Of a stretch of 64,000 nt of DNA, positions 24,201 through 36,200 are shown in pieces (the first letter of the stretch is position 1; each line of letters starts with the position of its first letter). This DNA comes from Leucoraja ocellata (taxonomy: Eukaryota), in assembly GCA_036785375.1 (NCBI GenBank), contig JAWMAR010000423.1, positions 310,001 to 374,000 of the forward strand, in the 5' to 3' direction. The notes beneath the pieces are model-generated. The model was not told where the DNA came from. It made no database searches and worked only from the letters and a program-made list of their open reading frames with translations. Made by a program: the position numbers and the translations under genes.

Positions 24201-27200
24201 CCCTGACCCCATTCACCTTGTGAATATGGTGACCCCTGACCGCACTCACCCTCTTTACATTGTGACCTTTGACGTCACTCAGTTGTATAGAGTGACCCCA
24301 TGACCCTTGTGCAGTGACCCCTGACCCACCCACTTATCTACAATCATTGCTGACTCCACTCCCCATGCGTACAAAGTGATCCCTGACCCCACATACCCTG
24401 TGAGGAGAGTGACTCCTAACAGAGCTCCCCCCCCCTCGTCACCTCTAACCTTGCCTTGGATGGGGTTCCTGCTTCATCGCTGCTGCAGATCCCACCTCTG
24501 ACATCCTGTGTGTTTGTGTTTTAGGATTATGACAGACGTGTTACAACTATGAAGATTGCAGGGAAACAAGTGAGTTAGTACCCTGTGTACAGAGAGTAGG
24601 AGGAACCCACTGTGTAGAGTAAACCCTGACCTCACTGCTCTTGTGCGCGGAGTGACCCTTGACCCCATGTACCAAGGGACCCTTGTCATGACTGACTCTG
24701 AACAGTCGTACAGCACTAGAAACAGGCCCTTTGGCCTACCATGGCCATGCCAATTATTGGACCCATCTATACTAATACCATTTACCTGCATATGGACCTC
24801 AGTCTGTGCGATGCAAGGGCCTGTATAGATGCCTCTTAAATCCTGTGATGTCTCAGCTTCCACCACTGGCTCGGGCAGCACATTCCAGATTCTAATCACA
24901 TTCTTTGTGAAAGAATTCCCTTTCAGTTCTCTCTAACCCTCACTTTAAACCCATTCCCTCAAATCTCAGACACCGCTACCATGGGAAAAAGATTTTTGCT
25001 ATCAATCCTATCTATTCCGCTCCGCTCATAATTTTGTATACTTCTATTAGATCATTTGTCAGACTCCAATACTCCAGGGAAAGCAAATTCAGCCTATCCA
25101 GTTTCTCCTTGTATAACTGAGTGTATAACTAGAAAGCATACCTATAAGGTGCAGGAGGCAATGTTTAAAGAAGGTGCAGGGAATGTTTTTTTACAGAGGA
25201 TAGTGGTTGCCTTGAACGCTCCGCCAGGCCTGGTGGTGGAGGCGTATACGATCGTGGCTTTTAAGAGGCAATGAATGGAAGATTATGGATTATGTGCAGG
25301 CAGATCTTGGAATCATGTTCTGCACAGACATCCTGGACCAATGTGCTTGTTCCTGTTCTGTACTGTTCTATGAAATACTCCAAACCTGGGGTGGGGAACC
25401 TTTTCATGGTGGAAGGATGCATTGTTGGCTGTGATCTAATAAGGCCGCATCCAAAAAGCTTCAAATAGATATACTTCAAAATGTACATTATTTTGTTAAA
25501 ATAGCCCTCATGACTTACTAATGTTTTAATTGTGGCCGTCATTCGGGGAGGATTATTTCGTTGAATGTTCTTTTACTCTTTGGTATTTTAAATAAGTTCA
25601 CTTTATGATTAAAATAAAAATAATAAAAGATAAACAAAAAACATATTAATAATAATAAAAAGATTTGTTCTACAAAATTTAGATTCATTCAAAAGGCCGC
25701 ACTTAATGGCTTAGAAGGCCGCAGGTCCCCACCCCTGCTCCAAACCATTCAATTTCTCAAATTGTCTAAGCATTTTCCCCAGTGTAATCAGACCTGTCCT
25801 ATCGTGTGGTGACCAGACCTGCTCGCAATACTGAGGTGAGGCCTAACCAGTGTTTTATAAAGCTGTAACACCATGTCCCTGCTCGTATATTCTCTGCCCT
25901 GACCAGTGAAGACAAACATCCCAGATGCCTTCTTCACCACCCTCTCCACGTGCTGCCAGTTCCAGGGATAGGTAGGCTTCTACCCAAAGGTCCAACTGTT
26001 CTTCAACAGTCTAGGCATCTACCATTTACTGTGTACACCCTACCCTTGACTGCCCTTGGAAAGTGCACCGCCTCACAATTGTCAGGATTAAATACCATCT
26101 ACCGTTGCTACATCCCGGCTTCCACCTGATCCATACCATGTTATAGTCTCAGACAACCCACCTCCCTCTCCACAAAAACACCAAGTCACCCATTGACCCC
26201 GTGTACCCCAATAACATGTATACAGATTGACCCCTGACCACGACCCTGTGTACAGACTGACCCTTGATCCCACTGACCCCGAGTACAATGACCCATTACA
26301 CCTTTTTACCTTGTATAAAGGATGATGATGTCAGGTTGATCATACCCCTCACACCCAGTGCAGGGAACCATCCCAGGCACCGTGGGCAGCTCAGATTTAC
26401 ATCGGGTGCAGACCTGCAGATTGTCGATGAGTTTATCGCTGTGTTTCTGTGTTTTAGGATAATTTAGGACGTGAGCCAATGGCCCATCCGGCAGAGAGAC
26501 GTGTGAGTTAGTTCAGGTAGAGGAAACGACAACCCCACTCACCCTGTGAACATGGTGACCCCTGACCCCCCCCTCGCCCTGTGAACACGGTGACCTCTGA
26601 CCCCACTCACCCTGTGAACACGGTGACCCCTAACCCCACTCACCCTGTGAACACAGTGACCCCTGACCCCACTCACACTGTGAACACGGTGACCCCTGAC
26701 CCCACTCACCTTGTGAACCTGGTGACCCCACTCACACAGTGTTTGTCTGACCCCACAGCGACCTGGTCATTTGGATTCTAAACTGCCTTACACATTGCAG
26801 TCAGTGAGAAGGGCTGTCAAATAATTCAGTGGAATGTAGATCAGCAACAGAAATGGCTGAAAAAATGGCAGATTGAGTTAATGTGAGCAAATGTGTGAGG
26901 TTTTGCATTTTGGAGGATTGAATGGAAAAACATACAGTTAATGGCAAGACACTTGATAACATTGATGTACAGAGATCTACATAGCTCCCAGAGAGTGGCA
27001 ACACACGCAGATAAAGGCATGTGGTATGCTTGCCCTCGCTGGTTGAGTAGAAGAGTCAGGGAGTCATAATGCAGCTAATGGCCACATTTGGGGAGTACAT
27101 CCTGCAGTTCTAATCATCCCATTATTGTGAAGGCTTTGAGGAGAGGTTTAACATAATGCTACTTAGTCCAGGTGGTATTAGCCACAAAGAGAGGTTGGAC

Positions 27201-30200
27201 AAACTTAGGATTGTTTTCTCTGGAAAGATGGAGGTTGAGGGGTGTCCTGACTGAAGAAAACAAAACGATGAGAGGCATAGATAGGGTAGACAGTCAGCAC
27301 CTTTTTTCCCCAGGGTGAAAATGTCAAAAACTAGAGGGCATAGCTTTAAGATGAGAGGGGCAAAGCGTAAACGAGATGTGTGGGGCAAGTTTTTTTACAC
27401 AAAGGGTGGTCAGTGCCTGGAACATGCTTCTAGTGGTGGTTGTTGAGGTAAATACTATGGGTTTTAAAGAGGCTTTTAGATAGGCATATACATGTAGAGT
27501 GATGTGGATTGTGAGCAGGCAGATGAAATTAGTTTATCTTTGCATCATTTGCAACACAGATATTGTGAGCCGAAGGGCTGTATTTCTTCTGTGTTCAGAG
27601 TGTTCTGTGTACAGAGTGGCCCTGAGCTCAATGACACTCTGTCCAGAATGACCATTCACGGTATGTTCATACTGATCCCTGATCCCAGCAACCCTATGTG
27701 TTGTGACCACATATCCACGAACCCTGCGGAAAACCCTGACCTGAGTGACCACCTGCAGTGATCCCTGACCCCAGTTAACCCTATGTATAAACAGAACCCT
27801 GACCTCGCTGACACAGTGTTCAGTAACCTCTGGCCCACTGACCCTGTATAAAGGATGAAGATGTCAGGTTGATGTCCGAACCCCCAGGACCCAGTGCAGG
27901 GAGTGATCCCAGGCACTGTGTGGTCTATTCGGATTTACATCGAGAGCAGCCCTGGAGATCGCTGATGGGTTTGTCTCTGTGTTTCTGTGTTTTAGGATCA
28001 TTTAGGACGTGAGGCAGTAACCAGGCCGGCAGAGAAACAAGTGAGTTAGTTCAGGGACAGGGAGCGTCAACCCTATGAACACAGTGACCCCACTCGCCTT
28101 GTGTACAGAGTGACCCTTCCCGACAAGCATCCCAGATGCCTTCTTCACCACCCTCTCCATTTGTGCTGCCATTTCCAGGGACCAGTGGGCATCAACCCAA
28201 AGGTCCCTCTGTTCTTCAACACTCTAGAGCTCTGCCGTTTACTGTGTCCACCTTACCCTTGACTGCCCTTGGAAAGTGCACCGCCTCACGAATTGTCAGG
28301 ATTAAATACCATCTACAGTTGCTCCATCCAGCCTTCCACCTGATCCATACCATGTTGTAGTCTCAGACAACCCACCTCCCTCTCCACAAAAACACCGTCA
28401 CCCATTGACCCCATGTACTGACTGACCCTGATCCAAGTGAATCTGTGAACAGAGTGACCCCACTGCCCCATAATGTGCAGACAGATTGACCACTGACAAC
28501 GATCCTGTGTACAGACTGACCCTTGATCCCACTGACCCCGAGTTCAATGACCCATTACACCTTTTTACCTTGTTATAAAGAATAATGATGTCAGGTTGAT
28601 TTTCATACCCCTGACACCCAGTGCAGGGAACCATCCCAGGCACCGTGGGCAGCTCAGATTTACATCGGGAGCGGACCTGCAGATTGTGGATGAGTTTATT
28701 GCTGTGTTCTGGGGTAATTTAGGATGTGGGCCAATGACCCACCCGGCAGAGAGACATTGTGAGTTAGTTCAGGTAGAGGAAACGACAACCCCACTCACCC
28801 TGTGAACACGGTGACCCCTGACCCCACTCACCCTGTGAACACGGTGCCTCTGACACCGCTCACCTTGTATACAGTGACCCTTGACCCCACCCACCTTCAT
28901 CACAGAGTGACCCTTTACCCCACTCGCCTTGTATAGAGTGATCCTTGACCCCACTCACCCTCATTACTGTGTGACCCTTGACCTCACTCAGTGTGTACAG
29001 AGCGACCCCATGCACCTTTTGCAGTGACACCTGACCCCACCCACTTGTCTACAGTCATCGCTGACTCCACTCCTCATGTGTAGAGAGCCACCATGACTCA
29101 CTGTGTACAGCGTGATCCCTGACCCCACATACCCTGTGAGGAGAGTGACTCCTAACAGAGGGCCCCCCGTCATCTCTAACCTTGCCTTGGATGGGATTCC
29201 TGCTTCATCACAGCTGCAGATCCCACCTCTGACGTCCTGTGTATTTGTGTTTTAGGATTATGACAGACGTGTTACAGCTATGAAGATTGCAGGGAAACAA
29301 GTGAGTTAGTACCCTGTGTACAGAGAGTAGGAGGAACCCACTGTGTACAGAGTAACCCCTGACCCCACTGCTCTTGTGCCCGGTGTGACCCTTGACCACA
29401 TGTACTGAGGGGACCGTTGTCCGGATTGACTCTGTGAACAGTCGTACAGCACTAGAAACAGGCCCTTTGGCCCACCACGGCCATGCCAATCATTGGACCC
29501 ACCTCTACTAATACCATTTACCTGCATATGGACCTCAGTCTCCTCTGCCTGCGAAGCAAGTGCCTGTCTAGATGCTTCTTAAATGCTGTGATGTCTCTGC
29601 TTCCAACACTGCCTCGGGCAGCCCATTCCAGGTTCCAATCACTCTCTTTGTGAAAGAATTCCCTTTCAGTCCTCTCTAACCCTCTCACTTTAAACCCATT
29701 CCCTCAAATCTCAGACAACGCAAGCATGGGGTAAAAGATTTTTGCTATCCATCCTATCTCTTCCACTCCGCTCATAATTTTGTATACTTCTATCAGGTTA
29801 CCCGTCAGACTCCAAAACTTCAGGGTAAGCTAATTCAGCCTATCCAATTTCCCCTTATAACTGAGGAATAAATGCCAGCCTGGCGGTGGAGGCACATACG
29901 ATTGTGGCATTTAAGAGGCAATGAACGGAGGATTATGGATTATGTGCAGGCGGATCTTGGAATGTTCTGCACAGACATCCTGAACCAATGGGCTTGTTCC
30001 TGTTCTGTACTGTTCTATGAAATGCTCCAAACCATTCAATATATCAAATTGCCAAAGCATGTTCCCTAGTGTAATAGACAATAGGTGCAGGAGTAGGCCA
30101 TTCGGTCCTTAGAGCCAGCACTGCCATTCAATGTGATCATGGCTGATCATCCCCAATCAGTACCCCGTTCCTGCCTTCATTCCATAGCCCCTGACTCCGT

Positions 30201-33200
30201 AATCAGACCTGTCCTATCATGTGGTGACCAGACCTGCTTGCAATACTGAGGTGAGACCTAACCAGTGTTTTATAAAGCTGTAACACCATGTCCCTGCTCT
30301 TATATTCTCTACCCTGACCCGTGAAGACAAGCATCCTAGATGCCTTCTTCACTTCCCTCTCCACTTGTGCTGCCAGTTCCAGGGATAGGTAGGCCTCTAC
30401 CCTAATGTCCATTTGTTCATCAACAGTCTAGGCATCTACCGTTTACTGTGTCCACCTTGCCCTTGACTGCCCTTGGAAAGTGCACCGCCTCACAATTGTC
30501 AGGATTAAATACCATCTACAGTTGCTCGATCCAGCCTTCCACCTGATCCATACCATGTTGTGGTCTCAGACAACCCACCTCCCTCTCCACAAAAACACCA
30601 AGTCACCCATTGACCCCATGTACTGACTGACCTTGATCCAACTAAGCCTGTGAACAGTGACCCCCCCCCAACATAACGTGCATACAGATTGACCCCTGAC
30701 CACGACCCGTGTACAAACTGACCCTTGACCCCCACTGACCCCGAATACAATGACCCTTTACACGTTTTTACCTTGTATAGAGGATGATGATATCAGGTTG
30801 ATGGTCCTACCCCTCACACCCAGTGCAGGGAACCATCCCAGGCACCGTGGGCAGCTAAGATTTATGTTGGGAGCAGACCTCCAGCTTGTTGATGAGTTTA
30901 TCGGTGTGTTTTGTGTTTTAGGATAACTTAGGACGTGAGCCAATGACCCAACCGGCAGAGAGACGTGTGAGTTAGTTGAGGTTGAGGGAACGACAAACCC
31001 CACTCACCTTGTAAACACAGTGACCTCTGACCCCACTCACCTTGTAAACACGGTGACCCATGATCCCACTCACCCTTATACAGGGTGACCATTGACCCCA
31101 CTCATCCGCGTCACAGTGCGACCTTTGACATCACTCATTGTATACAGAGTGACCCCCCGACCCCACCCACTTGTCGATAGTCACCGCTGACGCCACTCCC
31201 CGTATGTACAGAGCCACCCTGCCTCACTGTGTACAGCGTGATTCCTGACCCCACATACAATAGACATTAGGTGCAGGAGTAGGCCATATGGCCCTTCGAG
31301 CCAGCACCGCCATTCTATGTGATCATGGCTGATCATCCTGTGAGGAGAGTGACTTCTAACAGAGAGCCCCCCCCCCGTCACCTCTAACCTTGCCTCAGAT
31401 GGGGTCCCTGCTTCATCACAGCTGCAGATCCCACCTCTGACATCCTGTGTGTTTGTGTTTTAGGATTATGACAGGCATGTTACAGCTATGAAGATTGCAG
31501 GGAAACAAGTGAGTTAGTACCCTGTGTACAGAGAGTAGGTGGAACCCACTGTGTACAGAGTAACCCCTGACCTCACTGCTCTTGTGCCCTGCCTCACAAT
31601 TGTCAGGATTAAATACAATCCACGGTTGCTCCATCCAGCCTTCCACATGATCCATACCATGTTGTAGTCTCAGACAACCCACCTCCCCCTCCACAAAAGC
31701 ACCAAGTCACCCATTGGCCCCATGTACTGACTGACCTTGATCCAAGTGAACCTGTGAACAGAGTGACCCCCCCCTCCATAATGTGCATACAGAGTGACCC
31801 CTGATCACGACCCTGGGTACAGACTGACCCTTCATACCCCTCACACCCATTCCAGGGAACCATCCCAGGCACCGTGGGCAGCTCAGATTTACATTGGGAG
31901 CGGACCTGCAGATTGTTGATAAGTTTATCGCTGTGTTTCTGTGTTTTAGGATAATTTAGGACGTGAGCCCATGTCCCAACCGGCAGAGAGACAAGTGAGT
32001 TAGTTCAGGCAGCGGGAATGACAACCCCACTCACTCTGCGAACACGGTGACCCCTGACCCCACTCACTCATTGTACAGTGTCCCCTGAGCCCAGTCACCT
32101 TGTGAGTATGGTGACCCGTGACCCTGCTCACCCTGTAAACACAGTAACCCCTGACCCCACTCACCCTGTGCACACAGTGACCCCTGACCCCACTCACCCT
32201 GTGCACACGGTGACCCCTGACCCCACTCACCCTGTGAACACGGTGACCCTTGACCCCATTCACCCTCTTTACAATGTGACCGTTGACCTCATTCAATGTG
32301 TAGAATGACCCCATACACCCTGTGCAGTGACCCCTGACCCCACCCACTTGTCTACAGTCACCGCTGACGCCACTCAGAATGATCCCTGACCCCCACATAC
32401 TCTGTGAGGAGAGCGACTCCTAACGGAGGGCACCCTATCACCTCTATCCTTGCCTTGGATGGGGTTCCTGCTTCATGGCAGCTGCAGATCCCATCTCTGA
32501 CATCCTGTGTGTTTGTGTTTTAGGATTATGATAGACGTGTTACAGCTATGAAGATTGCAGGGAAACAAGTGAGTTAGTACCCTGTGTACAGAGAGTAGGA
32601 GGAACCCACTGTGTACAGAGACACCTGACCCCACTGACCTTGTGTAAGGAATGACCCCTGACTCTGCTGACCCTTTGGTCAGAGTGATCACTATTCTTGC
32701 CCCCATGCACAAAAATCACCCCTGACCCCACTAATCCTTTGAACAGAATGAACACTGGCCACACCAGCCTTTGTGCAAAGGGGCCTCGGAACAGGCCTTT
32801 GACCTGTGATAGACACAAAGTGCTGGAGTAACTCAGCAGGTCAGGCAGCATCTCTGGAGAAAACTAATAGGTGATGTTTCGGGTCAGACTGATGAAGGGT
32901 CTCAACACGAAACGTCACCTATTCCTTTTCTCCAGAGATGTTTCCAGTCCCGCTGAGTTACTCAAAATATTATGTCTATCATCGGTGTAAACCAGCATCT
33001 ACAGTTCCTTCTTACACCTTTGACCCTGTGTACAGTTTGACACCGTTGCCTTTGACCTTACTGTTAGAGTGACTCCTGAAAACTACATAGTGACAATCTG
33101 ATTCCTCTGACCCTTTGTTCAGTGACCGCTGACCCTGTGTATAGACATTACTGAGCCCTGCCCTCAGTGACCTTGTGTAAAGGATGACCTGTCAGTCCTT

Positions 33201-36200
33201 CTAGCTGAGACAGGCGTTCAGCCCGTCTACTGCATTCAATGATGTGGCCTGCTCCACATTGGCAAGACTGATTCACCGAACACTTGCAGTCGGTCCACCA
33301 AGGCCTGCTGGATCTCTTGGTTACTGTCCATTTTAACTCTCCTTCCCATTCCCATATCGACCTGTCTGTCCTGGGCCTCCTCCATTACCAGTGTGAGGCC
33401 CTACATAATCGGAGGAACCACACCTCATATTCTGCTTGGGTAGCTTACAACCCAACACCTTGCCACAGATAGGTTTCCTGTCCAAACCCAGGCATCGGGG
33501 GGGAGCCTGTCACCCGGGGCTGTTGCTGTCGTCACTTGGTGACCCCTTGGTCCCGTTGTCAGTTTCCCGGTGTGAACACCAGCCCTGGGTCTGCTTCACC
33601 ATAACCACAGATCACCGAGACCGACTCCCATCTCTGACGTCCTTCTGTGTGTTTGTGTTCTAGGAGCATGGTAGAAATGTCACACCTATGAAGCTTACAG
33701 AGAAACAAGTGAGTTAGTACCCGCGTACAGAGAATAGCACAAACCCACTGTGTACAGAGCCACCTGACCCCACTGACCTTGTGTATATAGTGACCCCTAA
33801 CCCCAATGACTATATGTACGGAGTGACCACTGATCCCTCTTTCCCTTTAGTCAGAGTGATCCCCAATCCTGCCCCACGTACAAAATTACCCCTGACCCCA
33901 CAAATCCTCTATACCGAATGAACACTGGCCACAGCAGCAAAGAGGCCTCTGAACCCTTTGTCCCTGAGATAGGCACAAAATGCTGGTCTCTCAGCAGGTT
34001 AGGCAGCCATCTCTGGAGAAAACAAATAGGTGACGTTTCGGATCAGACTGATGAAGGGTCTTGACCCACCCCCCACGGTCTCACCAACATTCTATAGTAA
34101 TCCCATTCACCCTGTAAGGAGAGTGTCCCCTGACCTCCCTGAGGGCCCCCAGTCACCTCTAACCTTTCCACGGAAGGGGTTCCTGGCCAAACCCAGGCAT
34201 CGGGTGTGGCCTGTCCCCCGGAGCCGGTGCTGTTGTCACTCAGTGCCCCCGTGGTCCAGTTGCCGGTTTCCCGGTGTGAACACCAAGCCTGGGTCTGCTT
34301 CATCACAGCCGCAGATCACCGAGACCCTCCCACCTCTGACGTCCTTCTGTGTGTTTGTGTTCTAGGAGCGTGGTAGAAATGTCACACCTATGAAGCTTGC
34401 AGAGAAACAAGTGAGTTAGTACCCGCGTACAGAGAATAGCACAAACCCACTGTGTACAGAGCCACCTGACCCCACTGACCTTGTGTACATAGTGACCCCT
34501 AACCCCAATGACTATATGTACGGAGTGACCACTGATCCCTCTTTCCCTTTAGTCAGAGTGATCCCCAATCCTGCCCCATGTACAAAATTACCCCTGACCC
34601 CACAAATCCTCTGTACAGAATGAACACTGGCAGCACCAGCCTTTATGCAAAGAGGCCTCTGAACCCTTTGTCCCTGAGATAGACACAAAATGCTGGAGTC
34701 ACTCAACAGGTTAGGCAGCATCTCTGGAGAAAACAAATAGGTTATGTTTCAGATCAGACTGATGAAGGGTCTCGACCCGAAAGGTCACCTATTCCTTTGT
34801 TACTCCAGCATTTTGTGTCTTTCTTTGGTGTAGTTATGCAGTTACTTCTTACACCTTTAACCCTGTGTCCAGTTTGACCTTGTTGCCTTTGACCTTACTG
34901 TTAGTGACCCCTGAACACTACAGAGTGACGATCGGATTCCTTTGTTCAGTGACCGATGGCCGTGTGTATAATCATTACTGAGCCCATGTCCTCACTGGCC
35001 CTGTGTAAAGGGTGACCTGTCAGCCCTTCCAGGTGAGACAGAAATTCATGTGCACCTTCTATAACCCCATCTACTGCATACAATGCTATCGATGTGGCCT
35101 GCTCCACATTGGCGAGACTGTTTCGCCAAACACTTGCAGTCGGTCCACCAAGGCCTGCTGGATCTCTCGGTTACTAACCATCTTAACTCCCCTTCCCATT
35201 CCCATAGCGGCCTTTCTGTCCTGGGTCTCATCCATTACCAGAGTGAAGCCACACAGAGACTGGAGGAACCACACATCATATTCTGCTTGGGTGGCTTACA
35301 ACCCAACATGAAAACTGTGTGCAGTGACCTCCCCCCCCCCCCCACGGTCCCACCAACATTCTATAGTAATCCCATTCACCCTGTAAGAGAGTGTCCCCTG
35401 ACCTCCCTGAGGACCCCCAGTCACCTCTAACCTTTCCACGGAAGGGATTCCTGTCCAAACCCAGGCATCGGGTGGGGCCTGTCCCCCGGTGCTGTTGTCA
35501 CTCGGTGCCCCCGTGGTCCAGTTGCCGGTTTCCCGGTGTGAACACCAAGCCTGGGTCTGCTTCATCACAGCCGCAGATCACCGAGACCGACTCCCACCTC
35601 TGACGTCCTTCTGTGTGTTTGTGTTTTAGGAATATGACAGGCATGTTACAGCTATGAAGATTGCAGGGAAACAAGTGAGTTAGTACCCAGCATACAGAGA
35701 GTAGCAGAACCTATATCAAGTGACCCCTGAGCCCACTGAGCCCATGTAAAGAGTAGCCCCTGATCAACCATGGGGATGATCAGCCATGATCACATTGAAT
35801 GGCGGTGCTGGCTCGAAGGGCCGAATGGCCTACTCCTGCACCTATTGTCTATTGGCCCCTGACCCAATTGGTCCTACAATGTAACCCCGGACCTTGTTTA
35901 ACCTGTCTGCTGAGAAATTCCTGTCTGCCTTCACTCTGTGTGCAGAGGGAAACATCTTTCCCAATGACCCCATTTATGTGGTGACTTTGATCCCACTCAC
36001 CTCATTGACCTAGCCTGACCCTGCTTCACCCTGTGTACAGAGTGACCTCTCGCTCCATTCTACTCTGATCTTTCTCTCTTTAGCCTTCTGCACTCTTCCA
36101 ATGAAAGTCAACATAGCTGGAAGAAAATCACCAAATTAAGAGTTACATTTTCAAATAACCTGCCTCTGAGCCTGAGCTGGCCAACACTGATGCAATGTCT

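Noticed and set aside
12538-35674. CRISPR-like or prokaryotic repeat-spacer system
   Set aside because: Eukaryotic intron context; the repeats are splice-site-flanked exons with irregular 0.3-3.5 kb spacing, and no cas genes are present.
36084-36140. Strong acceptor (tttctctctttag) after the last array copy
   Set aside because: Phase-0 reading hits TGA after six codons and there is no clear donor; an alternative terminal exon cannot be supported without transcripts.
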